The position numbers were made by a program, and so were the translations under genes. Below, one piece after another: positions 47,092 through 55,326 of a DNA stretch of 64,000 bases; position 1 is the first letter of the stretch, and each line of letters begins with the position of its first letter. The notes below the pieces were generated by a model. That model saw only the letters and a program-made list of their open reading frames with translations, did no database searches and was not told the origin of the DNA. The stretch spans positions 704,001 to 768,000 of the forward strand of contig OZ245817.1 in the NCBI GenBank assembly GCA_965228475.1, in the 5' to 3' direction. This stretch comes from Myxococcota bacterium (GTDB lineage: Bacteria > Myxococcota_A > UBA9160 > JAFDDA01).

Positions 47092-47796
47092 TTACTGCGT
47101 GCTGAAGCGGTAGCCGATGCCCCGCACGGATTGGATGTAGTTCGAGCGCAGGCCGAGCTTCTTGCGCAGGTTCGAGAGGTGGCTGTCGATGGTGCGTTCG
47201 TAGACCACGACGTTGCCCCACACCGCGCTCATCAGTTCTTCCCGCGAGACGGGCTGGTTCTCCTCCCGAGCGAGCTGGAAGAGCAGTCGGAACTCGTGGG
47301 GCGTCAGGTCGAGCTCTTCCTCGCCTTCGCTCCCGTTCAGGAAGGCACGCTGGAGGGTCAGATCGAGGCGGAGGTCGCCGCGCTCGAAGTGTGCGCTCGA
47401 CTCGCGCCGGCCCTGGAGCCGGCGCAGGCGAGCCATCACCCGCGCGTGGAGTTCGCGGCCATCGAGGGGCTGCTCGACGAAGTCGTCGGCGCCCACCGAG
47501 AAGGCGTGGATGCGGTCTTCGGTGTCGCTTCCCGAGGAAACGAAGACGATCGCCGTATCCGCGTGGCGTTCCTGCTGCTGGAGTTCACGGCAGAGGGCGA
47601 AGCCGTCCCCGTCCGGCAGGCGAACGTTCACGACGACGGCGTCGAAGCGGTCGGAGGCGATGCGCTGGCGCGCGGCCTCGATTGACGCCACGGAGGTCAC
47701 GTCGAAGTCGTTGCCGAGGGCCGCAGCGACGATCTCTGCACATTCGATTGAGCTTTCGACCAGCAAGGCCTTCCACATCCGCACCCGCTCCTCCAT
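47092..47796 (-). CDS. OmpR/PhoB-family response regulator with a degenerate receiver
   Basis: wHTH LTPHEFRLL...SREELM..VWG...RTIDSHLSNLRKKL..IQSVRGIGY; phospho-Asp position is Asn. Confidence 0.9.
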   Translation of the reverse strand: MEERVRMWKALLVESSIECAEIVAAALGNDFDVTSVASIEAARQRIASDRFDAVVVNVRLPDGDGFALCRELQQQERHADTAIVFVSSGSDTEDRIHAFSVGADDFVEQPLDGRELHARVMARLRRLQGRRESSAHFERGDLRLDLTLQRAFLNGSEGEEELDLTPHEFRLLFQLAREENQPVSREELMSAVWGNVVVYERTIDSHLSNLRKKLGLRSNYIQSVRGIGYRFSTQ

Positions 47797-47880
47797 GCGG
47801 AGGTATCGGAGCGTCCTGCGTTCCGCTTGAATGCCGTGGGGACATTGTGTCGTTCGATGCCGACGCCGTGCGAGCGTCCG

Positions 47881-49137
47881 CTAGCGACGGCGGCGGAAGA
47901 GCGCTCGGATCGCGTCGGCGTCGACGGCGTGTGCATCGCCCGCGAAGCGCGCGCGCTCGAGCGACGCGAGGGCGTCTTCGCATGCGGCCGGCGTCGCGTC
48001 GGGGAAAGCCTCTAGCGAAGGCTGGGTCCCATGCCCGTCCGCGCCGCGGCGAAACCCCGGCGGCGCGGCGTCGACGATGCTGCGGACGGCCCGTTCGAGC
48101 GCCGCCAGGCGGGCTTCCGGGCTCTCGGCGCTGTCCGCCTCACGCAGGGCGGCGCGAACCGTTCGCAGCGTGCCGTCACGAGCTCGTCGCGCTCTCACGG
48201 CGCGCACGGCCAGCACGGCGACGAACCCGAATGCGAGAACGACGGCGGCCATGCCCGGCCCGATCGCGCGGGCCGCGCCCGATGGGGAGGCGGCGGCGGG
48301 TTCCTGCGCCGACGCGGCGGGGGCTCCTCCCTGGGGAGCGGGCTCGCGTGCGCCGGGGCCCTCGTGGACGCGGACCTCCACTGGCTCGCTTTCGGCTACG
48401 GCATACCGTTCCGTCTCAGGGTCGAACCACGGGATGCGGAGCGCCGGGATGCGCAGGAGTCCGGGCGCCCGCGGGACGAGGTCGAAGCCCTGGGTGCGGA
48501 CGGTCCGGAGGGCCTGGGTCCCCTGGAAGGTGAGGCGCGCCGGCCGCGGAAAGACCTCGGCCCGGGCGGGGTCGAGGGGGAGCTCCACCCGCGCGAGCGA
48601 GAGGTCCGCCCTTCCTTCGATGAACACGTGGAGCCGGGTGCTTTCCCCGAACCGGAGTTCCGGAGCGACCCGAACCGAAACCGCCGTCGGTCCGACGACG
48701 CCGGTGAACCCTTCGGGCCGTCCCGCCGCCGGGGGCGGGCGGGCCTCGAAGACGGCGGCCGGAAGCACCGCCTCCTGCTCGCCGCAGCGAATGCCGGCCG
48801 CCGGGAGCGTGAGCTCGCCCGCGCGGACCGGGAAGAGCCACACGCGCTCCTCGGTGCGGAGCGTCGAGCCCGAGGGGGACTCGACGCGCGACGTGGTCGA
48901 TCGTGCCTCGAGCCGCTCGACGCGGAAGCCCGGGTAGCGGCGCGCCACGGTCCAGCGAAAGTCCGCCTCCGCCGGACGCACGGTGACCGTGCGCTGGAGG
49001 ATCGGCTGTCCGACGAAGCCCGCCGAGGGTTCGAGGCGGGCGGAGACGAGGCACTCCGCTCCCGCGGAAGGGCCGGGAAGCACCAAGACGCTCGCAAGTA
49101 GCAGCGCACGGAGGACGAGCCTTCGACGCGCGGTCAC
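47881..49137 (-). CDS. BatD-like protein
   Basis: Signal peptide, Ig-like repeats (FPVRAGELTLPA, VPRAPGLLRIPALRIPWFDP), FTGVVG, TM helix; last gene of the Bat operon. Confidence 0.75.
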   Translation of the reverse strand: MTARRRLVLRALLLASVLVLPGPSAGAECLVSARLEPSAGFVGQPILQRTVTVRPAEADFRWTVARRYPGFRVERLEARSTTSRVESPSGSTLRTEERVWLFPVRAGELTLPAAGIRCGEQEAVLPAAVFEARPPPAAGRPEGFTGVVGPTAVSVRVAPELRFGESTRLHVFIEGRADLSLARVELPLDPARAEVFPRPARLTFQGTQALRTVRTQGFDLVPRAPGLLRIPALRIPWFDPETERYAVAESEPVEVRVHEGPGAREPAPQGGAPAASAQEPAAASPSGAARAIGPGMAAVVLAFGFVAVLAVRAVRARRARDGTLRTVRAALREADSAESPEARLAALERAVRSIVDAAPPGFRRGADGHGTQPSLEAFPDATPAACEDALASLERARFAGDAHAVDADAIRALFRRRR

Positions 49138-50735
49138 CAGGGGGAACCCTCGGCGCGCGGGTCGTTCTCGCGAAGCCCGCGCAGCGCGCGCGTCGGGTCG
49201 TCGCGCGTGCGTTCGAGGAAACGCGCGACCTCTTCGGGGGTGAGTTCGGGCGGCGGGGGAAGGCGGGCACGCTCGGGTTCGGGGGTCTCGTCGCTCGAAT
49301 CGTCGGGCGGCTCGGGGGACGAAGCGTCGGCTTCGGAAGGGCTCGGCTGCGGCGGAGGCGGCGGCGGATTCGCTTCGAGCGCCTGGAGCGTCCACTCGAG
49401 ATTGAAGCGCGCCTCGAGATCCTCGGGCGCGAGCGCCACGGCCTCGAAGAAGGCGTCGCGCGCGGCCTCGAAGCGGCCCGCTTCCAGCGCGGCCACCCCG
49501 GCGCCGTAGTACGCTCGCGCGCTTCGCTCGGCTCGGGTACCGAGCAGGGCCGCGGCGCGGAAGGCGCGTTCGGCTTCTAGCCAATGCCCGGCGTCCGCCA
49601 GGGCCAACCCCCGCTCGAAGGCGCGCTGGTCGCGGGGGGCCGAGCCCGGAGCTGCGGCGACGAGACCCAGCGCGACGAGGATCCCGGCGCGCCCCGCGCT
49701 CGGGATGCGCAGCGTCGGCCAGGAAAACGTTCCGAACGATCCGGCGCGGCCGGGCCGGCCCGCGCCGCCCGGGCGGCGGAGCGCATCGAAGAGCAGGAGC
49801 GCCAGGGCGAGGGCCGCCACGGGCACCGTTCGGACGGCGGGGACGCGCCGCTCGATGAAGCCGGTCTCGGCCGCGAGGGCGGCGTCGCGGCGGACGGCCG
49901 CGAGCAGGGCGGCTTCGTCGACGGCGCCGAAGCGGTCCGTCGCGAGCAGCTCGCCGCCGGTGGCCGAGGCGAGGGCGAAGAGCCGCTCGGTGTCGAGCCG
50001 CGTTCGGACGGGGCGGCCGCGCCGGTCGCGCAGTTCGAGCCCCTGGTTCGGGATGGCGGCGCCCTCTTCGCTTCCGAAGCCGACCGCGACGACCCGCACA
50101 CCGTCGCGCAGGAGTTCGGCCCGTCCGAGGTCGGGCGTGGCGTCGGCGTCTTCGCCGTCCGAGAGGACGACGAGCACGCGGGGCCGCTCACTGCCGGGGT
50201 CGAAGGCTTCGAGGGCGCGGGCGACGCCGGCGCCGAGGCGCGAGGCGCCGGGCCGCACGAGGGTCGTGTCGAGGGCGGGAAGCAATCCGGCGAGGGCGGC
50301 GTGGTCGTGACTGAGCGGCGCGACCAGCACGCCGCGCGCCGCGAAGGCGGCCAGTGCGGCGCGGTCGCCCGGCGCGAGGCCGGCGAGCAGTCCCTCGGCC
50401 GCGCGGCGCGCGCGGTCGAGCCGGCTCGGCGGGACGTCGCGCGCGTCCATGCTGCGCGAGACGTCGAGCAACACGACGACGTCGAGGCCCGAGGCCGAGA
50501 CCCGTTCGACGCGCGTACCCGAGCGCGGCCCGAGGGCGGCGATCGCCACCGCGGCGAGCGCGGCAAGCAGGAGGAGTTCTCTCGCTCCGCCGGCGCCTCC
50601 GCGGGCCGAACTCCCGAACAGGAGCCGACGCCTCCGGGCGGCGCGCACGCGGGCCATCGCGACGGCGGCGGCGAGACCGAGCCACGCGAGCGCGAGCGCC
50701 GGGATCCACTCGGGACGGACGAAGAAGGCGGTCAC
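49134..50735 (-). CDS. vWA + TPR protein (BatB/BatC-like fusion)
   Basis: MIDAS DVSRSM, LSDGED; C-terminal TPR (AYYGAG...ARFNLE). Confidence 0.82.
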   Translation of the reverse strand: MTAFFVRPEWIPALALAWLGLAAAVAMARVRAARRRRLLFGSSARGGAGGARELLLLAALAAVAIAALGPRSGTRVERVSASGLDVVVLLDVSRSMDARDVPPSRLDRARRAAEGLLAGLAPGDRAALAAFAARGVLVAPLSHDHAALAGLLPALDTTLVRPGASRLGAGVARALEAFDPGSERPRVLVVLSDGEDADATPDLGRAELLRDGVRVVAVGFGSEEGAAIPNQGLELRDRRGRPVRTRLDTERLFALASATGGELLATDRFGAVDEAALLAAVRRDAALAAETGFIERRVPAVRTVPVAALALALLLFDALRRPGGAGRPGRAGSFGTFSWPTLRIPSAGRAGILVALGLVAAAPGSAPRDQRAFERGLALADAGHWLEAERAFRAAALLGTRAERSARAYYGAGVAALEAGRFEAARDAFFEAVALAPEDLEARFNLEWTLQALEANPPPPPPQPSPSEADASSPEPPDDSSDETPEPERARLPPPPELTPEEVARFLERTRDDPTRALRGLRENDPRAEGSPW

Positions 50736-50785
50736 GGGAGGCACTCCCAAGCGCTCACGAGAGGCACTCCCCCGGGCTCACGAGA
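50732..50785 (-). repeat. 23-bp tandem repeat encoding two chained 8-aa mini-ORFs between batA and batB
   Basis: ORF A 50781-50755 MSPGECLS*, ORF B 50758-50732 MSAWECLP*; GTGA overlaps at all three junctions; GGGAG-tgc-CTC(T/C)C hairpin before each GTG. Confidence 0.88.
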
Positions 50786-51803
50786 TCACCCGCCGCAGGA
50801 CGGAGAACCCGAGCAGCTCGAGCGCGATGAAGCATCCGGCCGCGGCCAGGAAGGGTTCCGGGCGGGGCCGCTCGAGGCGCTCCCCCCGCGCCGGCCGCTC
50901 GACGCGTTCGAGGGCGTCGATGGCCTCGTAGACGGCGCCGAGATCCGCGCCGCTGCGCGCCCGGAAGAACCGGCCCCCGGTGTGCTGCGCGATCGCCTCG
51001 AGCGTTTCCGCGTCGAGGTCGTGGCGGCCGAAGCGCAGCCCGCGCGCGGCCGCACCCTCGGCGGCGCCCATCGCCACGCGGCCCTCCCCGCCGATGCCGA
51101 CGGTGTGGACCCGCACCTGGCTCGCGCGCGCGAGCTCCATCGCCACGTCGACGGGGATCTCGCCCGTGGTGTTGCGGCCATCGGTCAAGAGCACGACGAC
51201 ACGGCCTTCGGGGGACGCGCCGCCGCGTGCGGTGACGCGCCGGACGGCGAGCGCGAGCGCCTCGCCGAGGGCCGTCTCGTTCCCGGCGACGCCCGGCCGC
51301 ACGCGTTCGAGGGCGGCCGCGAGCAGGGCGCCGTCCTGGGTCAGGGGACACTGCGTGAACGCGTCGTCGCCGAAGACCACGAGCCCGACCCGGTCGCCCG
51401 CTTCGGCGCGGGTCCGGGCGAAGCGCGCGACGGTGCGCTGGGCGAGGGCCAGGCGGGTTCCCGGTTCGCCATCGATCTGCGCGTCGAGGGCCTGCATGCT
51501 CCCGGACGCGTCCACGACGAGCAGGAGGTCGAGCCCGAGCTCCGGGGGTGGCGCCGAGGGGCGCAGGCTCGTCGGACCGGCGAAGACGAGGGCCAGGGCC
51601 ACGAGCGCGCCGGCGCGGAGGAAGGCGCGAACGAACCGCTCGAGGTCGCGGGTGCGAAGACCAGCGGTGCGCGCCTCGGCGAAGGCCGGCCAGCTCGCGC
51701 CGCGCGCGCGCCGCCGGAGCAGGGCGGCCGCCGCGAGGAGGCCGGCCCCGCACAGCAGGAACCACTCGGGATGCAGGAAGGTGAAGTCCGCGGGCACGGT
51801 CAC
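50778..51803 (-). CDS. vWA domain protein (BatA-like)
   Basis: FLHPEW N terminus, DASGSM MIDAS, DRVGLVVF, TALGEAL, LLTDG, GGRFFRA. Confidence 0.88.
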   Translation of the reverse strand: MTVPADFTFLHPEWFLLCGAGLLAAAALLRRRARGASWPAFAEARTAGLRTRDLERFVRAFLRAGALVALALVFAGPTSLRPSAPPPELGLDLLLVVDASGSMQALDAQIDGEPGTRLALAQRTVARFARTRAEAGDRVGLVVFGDDAFTQCPLTQDGALLAAALERVRPGVAGNETALGEALALAVRRVTARGGASPEGRVVVLLTDGRNTTGEIPVDVAMELARASQVRVHTVGIGGEGRVAMGAAEGAAARGLRFGRHDLDAETLEAIAQHTGGRFFRARSGADLGAVYEAIDALERVERPARGERLERPRPEPFLAAAGCFIALELLGFSVLRRVIS

Positions 51804-52756
51804 GTCTCCCGCGGCCGCACCGAGCGGGCGACGAAGGCGAGGGCGTCCTGGAACCAGGCGCGCAGGGCTTCCCGCGAAGCCGGCTCGTCGACGCCGCCGG
51901 GGAAGCGCAGGGCGTCGAGCCGCCGCAGCAGCGCGACGAACTCGGGCCAGTGCGAGAGCAGGCGGCCCGGCGGCCGCCGCGCGGCGATCTCTTCGGTCGT
52001 GAGGCTTTCGAGAGGGCGTGCGCTGCGGATGGCGGCGTAGCGCCGGAGGGCCAGCGCCGCCGCGTCGGCGGCTTCACGCGGATCCGCCTCGGCTTCGGCC
52101 AGCGCCCGGCGCAGATCCCGCTCGGCTCGCTCCCACGCGGGCGTCGTATCTTCCGCTTCGCCGGCACCCGCGGCCCGGGCCCGGCGTCTCCGCAGGAAGC
52201 GCCAGCCCGCCAGCGCGATCAGGGTGGCGAGCGAGCCGGCGGCGGCCGAGCCCCAGGCGGGGAGCCGGCCGCGCGGCGCGGATTCCGGCGCGTCGCGGAG
52301 TCCGAAGGGCACGAGCTGGTCCGGCAGTGCGTCGGAAGCCGAGACGACGACGAAGGGACGCGCCTCGAGGCGGAGCGTGCTCGTTTCGCCCCCGGGCCCT
52401 TCGACGGCGATCTCGCGCGCCGGCCATTCGTATTCTCCCGGGACGTCGCGCACGCGGGCACGGACCTGCGTCGTGTGGGTCCAGCGCCCGCCGTCGCGTT
52501 GCACCGGTCGGCGCTCGGCGTCGAGCAGCCAGAGCGGCGGGATCTCCTTCGGGAACTCGATCGGCGGAAGGTGGTGATCCGGCGCGGTCACGACGACGAC
52601 GTCGATCTTCACGAGCTCGCCCACGCGCAGGGCCGGCGGCTCGAAGACCACCGCGCCGTGGGTTGCGGACGGAGGCGGCGAGGGCTCGGGCGCTTCGCCG
52701 CAGGAAAGCAGAGCGCATCCAGCGAAGAGCGCGCCGAGCACGGTCCGGGCCCTCAT
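51800..52756 (-). CDS. Bat-operon membrane lipoprotein-like hypothetical protein
   Basis: Lipobox-like LLSC, Ig-like region, TM helix, ALRRY...LTTEE...LRF. Confidence 0.7.
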   Translation of the reverse strand: MRARTVLGALFAGCALLSCGEAPEPSPPPSATHGAVVFEPPALRVGELVKIDVVVVTAPDHHLPPIEFPKEIPPLWLLDAERRPVQRDGGRWTHTTQVRARVRDVPGEYEWPAREIAVEGPGGETSTLRLEARPFVVVSASDALPDQLVPFGLRDAPESAPRGRLPAWGSAAAGSLATLIALAGWRFLRRRRARAAGAGEAEDTTPAWERAERDLRRALAEAEADPREAADAAALALRRYAAIRSARPLESLTTEEIAARRPPGRLLSHWPEFVALLRRLDALRFPGGVDEPASREALRAWFQDALAFVARSVRPRET

Positions 52757-53724
52757 GCCGCGCCCTCTCCGCGCGCACTCCGCTCGCGAACGAGCGCGAG
52801 CAGGGCGGTCAGCGGGTCCCGGTCGGTTCGCAGCCAGGTGCAGTCCGCCCCGAGGCTCCGCACCCGGCGGGTCACGTCGACGCGGCGCGCGCGCGCCGCG
52901 GCGGCATAGGCTTCGCGGACGCGCCGTCGCCCGGTCTGGAGAACGCCGGAGGGCCCGCCGCCGGCGGCATCGCGCAGCCGCACCGGCCCCGCCGCCGGGA
53001 GCGCGAGTTCGCGCGGATCCACGGGGAGGACGGTCACCAGATCCCGGTGCCGTGCGAGGCTCGCGAGGCCGGGGCCGACGCCGCCGCGCGGCGGCAGTGC
53101 GCCGTCGTCGCGCAGGTCCGAGAGCAGGACGAGGATGCCGCGCCGCGCCCGGCGCGCGTGGAGGTGGCGCGCGAGGCCTTCGACGTCCGCCGCGCCGGCG
53201 CAGGCGCTCGCATCGGCGACGGCGGTCTGGATCACCCGCCACGCGTGCCCCTCGCCGCGCCCGGCCGCGAGTTCGCTGCGGACGCCATCGGCGAAGGTCA
53301 CCAGCGCGACGCGATCGCCCGCGTGGGTCGCGGCCGCGGCCAGCAGGGCCGCCGCGTCGGCAGCGGTCTGGGCCTTGCTCCGGCCGGTGGTGCCGAAACC
53401 CATGCCGGCCGAGACGTCGAGCAGCAGCGTCAGGGTCTGGTCGCGTTCTTCGCGGAAGCGCTTCACGTAGGGGTGACCGCGCCGGGCCGTCGCGTTCCAG
53501 TCGAGGCTGCGCACGTCGTCGCCCGGGGTGTAGGGGCGGAGTTCGTCGAACTCGATCCCGGCGCCGCGGAAGGCGCTCGCGTAGCCGCCGGCGTAGAGGC
53601 TCGCCGCCATGCGGCGGCTGCGCAGGGCCAGCACCCGTGCGGCGCGCGCGAGCTCCGGCATCGCGTCCGCCGAGGTCTGCCAACGGTCCCTGGGGTTTCC
53701 GGCTGCGTGCGCGGGGGCGGCCAT
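52753..53724 (-). CDS. DUF58 domain protein
   Basis: GAGIEFDELRPYTPGDDVRSLDWNATAR, VKRFREE, LSD. Confidence 0.92.
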   Translation of the reverse strand: MAAPAHAAGNPRDRWQTSADAMPELARAARVLALRSRRMAASLYAGGYASAFRGAGIEFDELRPYTPGDDVRSLDWNATARRGHPYVKRFREERDQTLTLLLDVSAGMGFGTTGRSKAQTAADAAALLAAAATHAGDRVALVTFADGVRSELAAGRGEGHAWRVIQTAVADASACAGAADVEGLARHLHARRARRGILVLLSDLRDDGALPPRGGVGPGLASLARHRDLVTVLPVDPRELALPAAGPVRLRDAAGGGPSGVLQTGRRRVREAYAAAARARRVDVTRRVRSLGADCTWLRTDRDPLTALLALVRERSARGEGAA

Positions 53725-53734
53725 GGAGGGGCGG

Positions 53735-54727
53735 TCAGGGGCTTTCGACGGCGGCCAGCACCGCGGTCACGACGTCGTCCGCCGTGATGCCGTCGGCCTC
53801 GGCCTCGTAGGACAGGACGAGGCGGTGGCGAAGGACCGCCGGGGCGATGCGCTTCACGTCGTGCGGAGTGACGAAGCGCCGGCCGTCGAGGAGGGCGCGG
53901 CCCTTGGCCGCGCGAACGAGGAAGACGCTCCCGCGCGGGGACGCGCCGAGGGCGACGGCCGCGCCGGCCGGTCGGCCCGCCAGGGTGGCACCGACGGCGT
54001 CGGGCGTCCGCGTCGCGCGCACCAGGCGCACGGCGTAGTCCGCGACGCTCGGCTCGACGTGGACGTCGGCGGCTTCCGCCTGGAGGCGCCGCACGCCCTC
54101 CGCGTCGAGCAGGCTCGCGAGGTCCGGGGCGGCCTCGCCGTCGCGCGCGACGATCCGGGCTTCTTCCTCGGCCTCGGGGTAGCCGACGAGGATCTTCAGC
54201 AGGAACCGGTCGAGCTCGGCTTCGGGGAGCGGGTAGGTGCCTTCGAGTTCGACCGGGTTCTGGGTCGCCATCACGAAGAACGGCGCGGGCAGGGGGATCG
54301 TGCGGTCGCCGATCGTCACCTGGCGCTCTTCCATCGCTTCGAGCAGCGCCGATTGCACCTTGGCCGGCGCGCGGTTGATTTCGTCGGCCAGCAGGACCGG
54401 CGTGAAGATCGGCCCTTCCTGGAGTTCGAAGCGGCCCTGCTCGTGCAGGTAGATCGGCGTGCCGAGCAGGTCGCCGGGCAGGAGATCCGGCGTGAACTGG
54501 ACGCGTCGGAACCCGAGGCCCAGCACCTCGGCCAGGGTACGGACGGCCGTCGTCTTGGCCACGCCCGGGACGCCCTCGACCAGCACGTGGCCGCCGGCGA
54601 GCAGCCCGAGCAGCAGGCCTTCGACCATCTCGTGCTGGCCGACCACGACCCGCGCGACCTCTTCGAGGAGACGTTTGGTCCCGGCCTCGTCGCCGCTCAT
54701 CCGTTCGATGTCGCTCTCGGAATCCAT
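53735..54727 (-). CDS. moxR: MoxR-family AAA+ ATPase
   Basis: EGVPGVAKT, RVQFTPDLLP, LADEINRA, ATQNPVE.EGTYPLPEA.LDRF, GASPRG. Confidence 0.95.
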   Translation of the reverse strand: MDSESDIERMSGDEAGTKRLLEEVARVVVGQHEMVEGLLLGLLAGGHVLVEGVPGVAKTTAVRTLAEVLGLGFRRVQFTPDLLPGDLLGTPIYLHEQGRFELQEGPIFTPVLLADEINRAPAKVQSALLEAMEERQVTIGDRTIPLPAPFFVMATQNPVELEGTYPLPEAELDRFLLKILVGYPEAEEEARIVARDGEAAPDLASLLDAEGVRRLQAEAADVHVEPSVADYAVRLVRATRTPDAVGATLAGRPAGAAVALGASPRGSVFLVRAAKGRALLDGRRFVTPHDVKRIAPAVLRHRLVLSYEAEADGITADDVVTAVLAAVESP

Positions 54728-54765
54728 TCGGCGCCCCTCGGGCCGGGTTCGATCGGAGCCCAGGC

Positions 54766-55326
54766 CTAGTCTTTCCGACGCCTCACGGGGCGGCTCCGTT
54801 TCGGGCCCGCGGATTTCTCGACCAGCGTGGTCGTCCGGACCCCGGGAACTTCGCGCAGCCGCACCACACGTCCACCGGCCGCTTCGACCTCGGCACGCCC
54901 GACGATCTCGTCGAGGGCCCAGTCCCCGCCCTTGGCGAGTACGTCGGGCAGGACGGCGCGGATCACCGCGAGCGGGGTGTCGGCGCTGAAGCTCGTCACC
55001 CAGTCTACGCATTCGAGGCCCGCCAGGACCTCCATTCTTTGCCGCGCGGTCACGAGGGGGCGCGTCGGGCCCTTGAGCCGGCGCACGCTGGCGTCCGAGT
55101 TGACGGCGACGATCAGCCGGTCTCCGAGCGAGCGGGCCTGTTCGAGGCTCCGCACGTGGCCGACGTGGAGCCAGTCGAAGCAGCCGTTGGTGAAGACGAC
55201 GCGTTCGCCGCGCGCCTGGGCGCGCCGGACGGCCGCCACCAGCCGCTCGCGGTTGAGCAGCTTCGAGCGCGCGCGGCGCGGCGTGGCGCCGGCGCGCGGT
55301 TTCCCGGGGGCGCTAGGAATCCTCAC
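54766..55326 (-). CDS. rfaE2: D-glycero-beta-D-manno-heptose 1-phosphate adenylyltransferase
   Basis: VFTNGCFD.LH.GH, VAVNSDASVRRLKG, PDVLAKGGDW. Confidence 0.9.
   Translation of the reverse strand: MRIPSAPGKPRAGATPRRARSKLLNRERLVAAVRRAQARGERVVFTNGCFDWLHVGHVRSLEQARSLGDRLIVAVNSDASVRRLKGPTRPLVTARQRMEVLAGLECVDWVTSFSADTPLAVIRAVLPDVLAKGGDWALDEIVGRAEVEAAGGRVVRLREVPGVRTTTLVEKSAGPKRSRPVRRRKD

Noticed and set aside
47881..54727. MoxR-DUF58-vWA cluster as a novel system
   Set aside because: It matches the known Bat/MoxR-proper operon; only its internal repeat is unusual.
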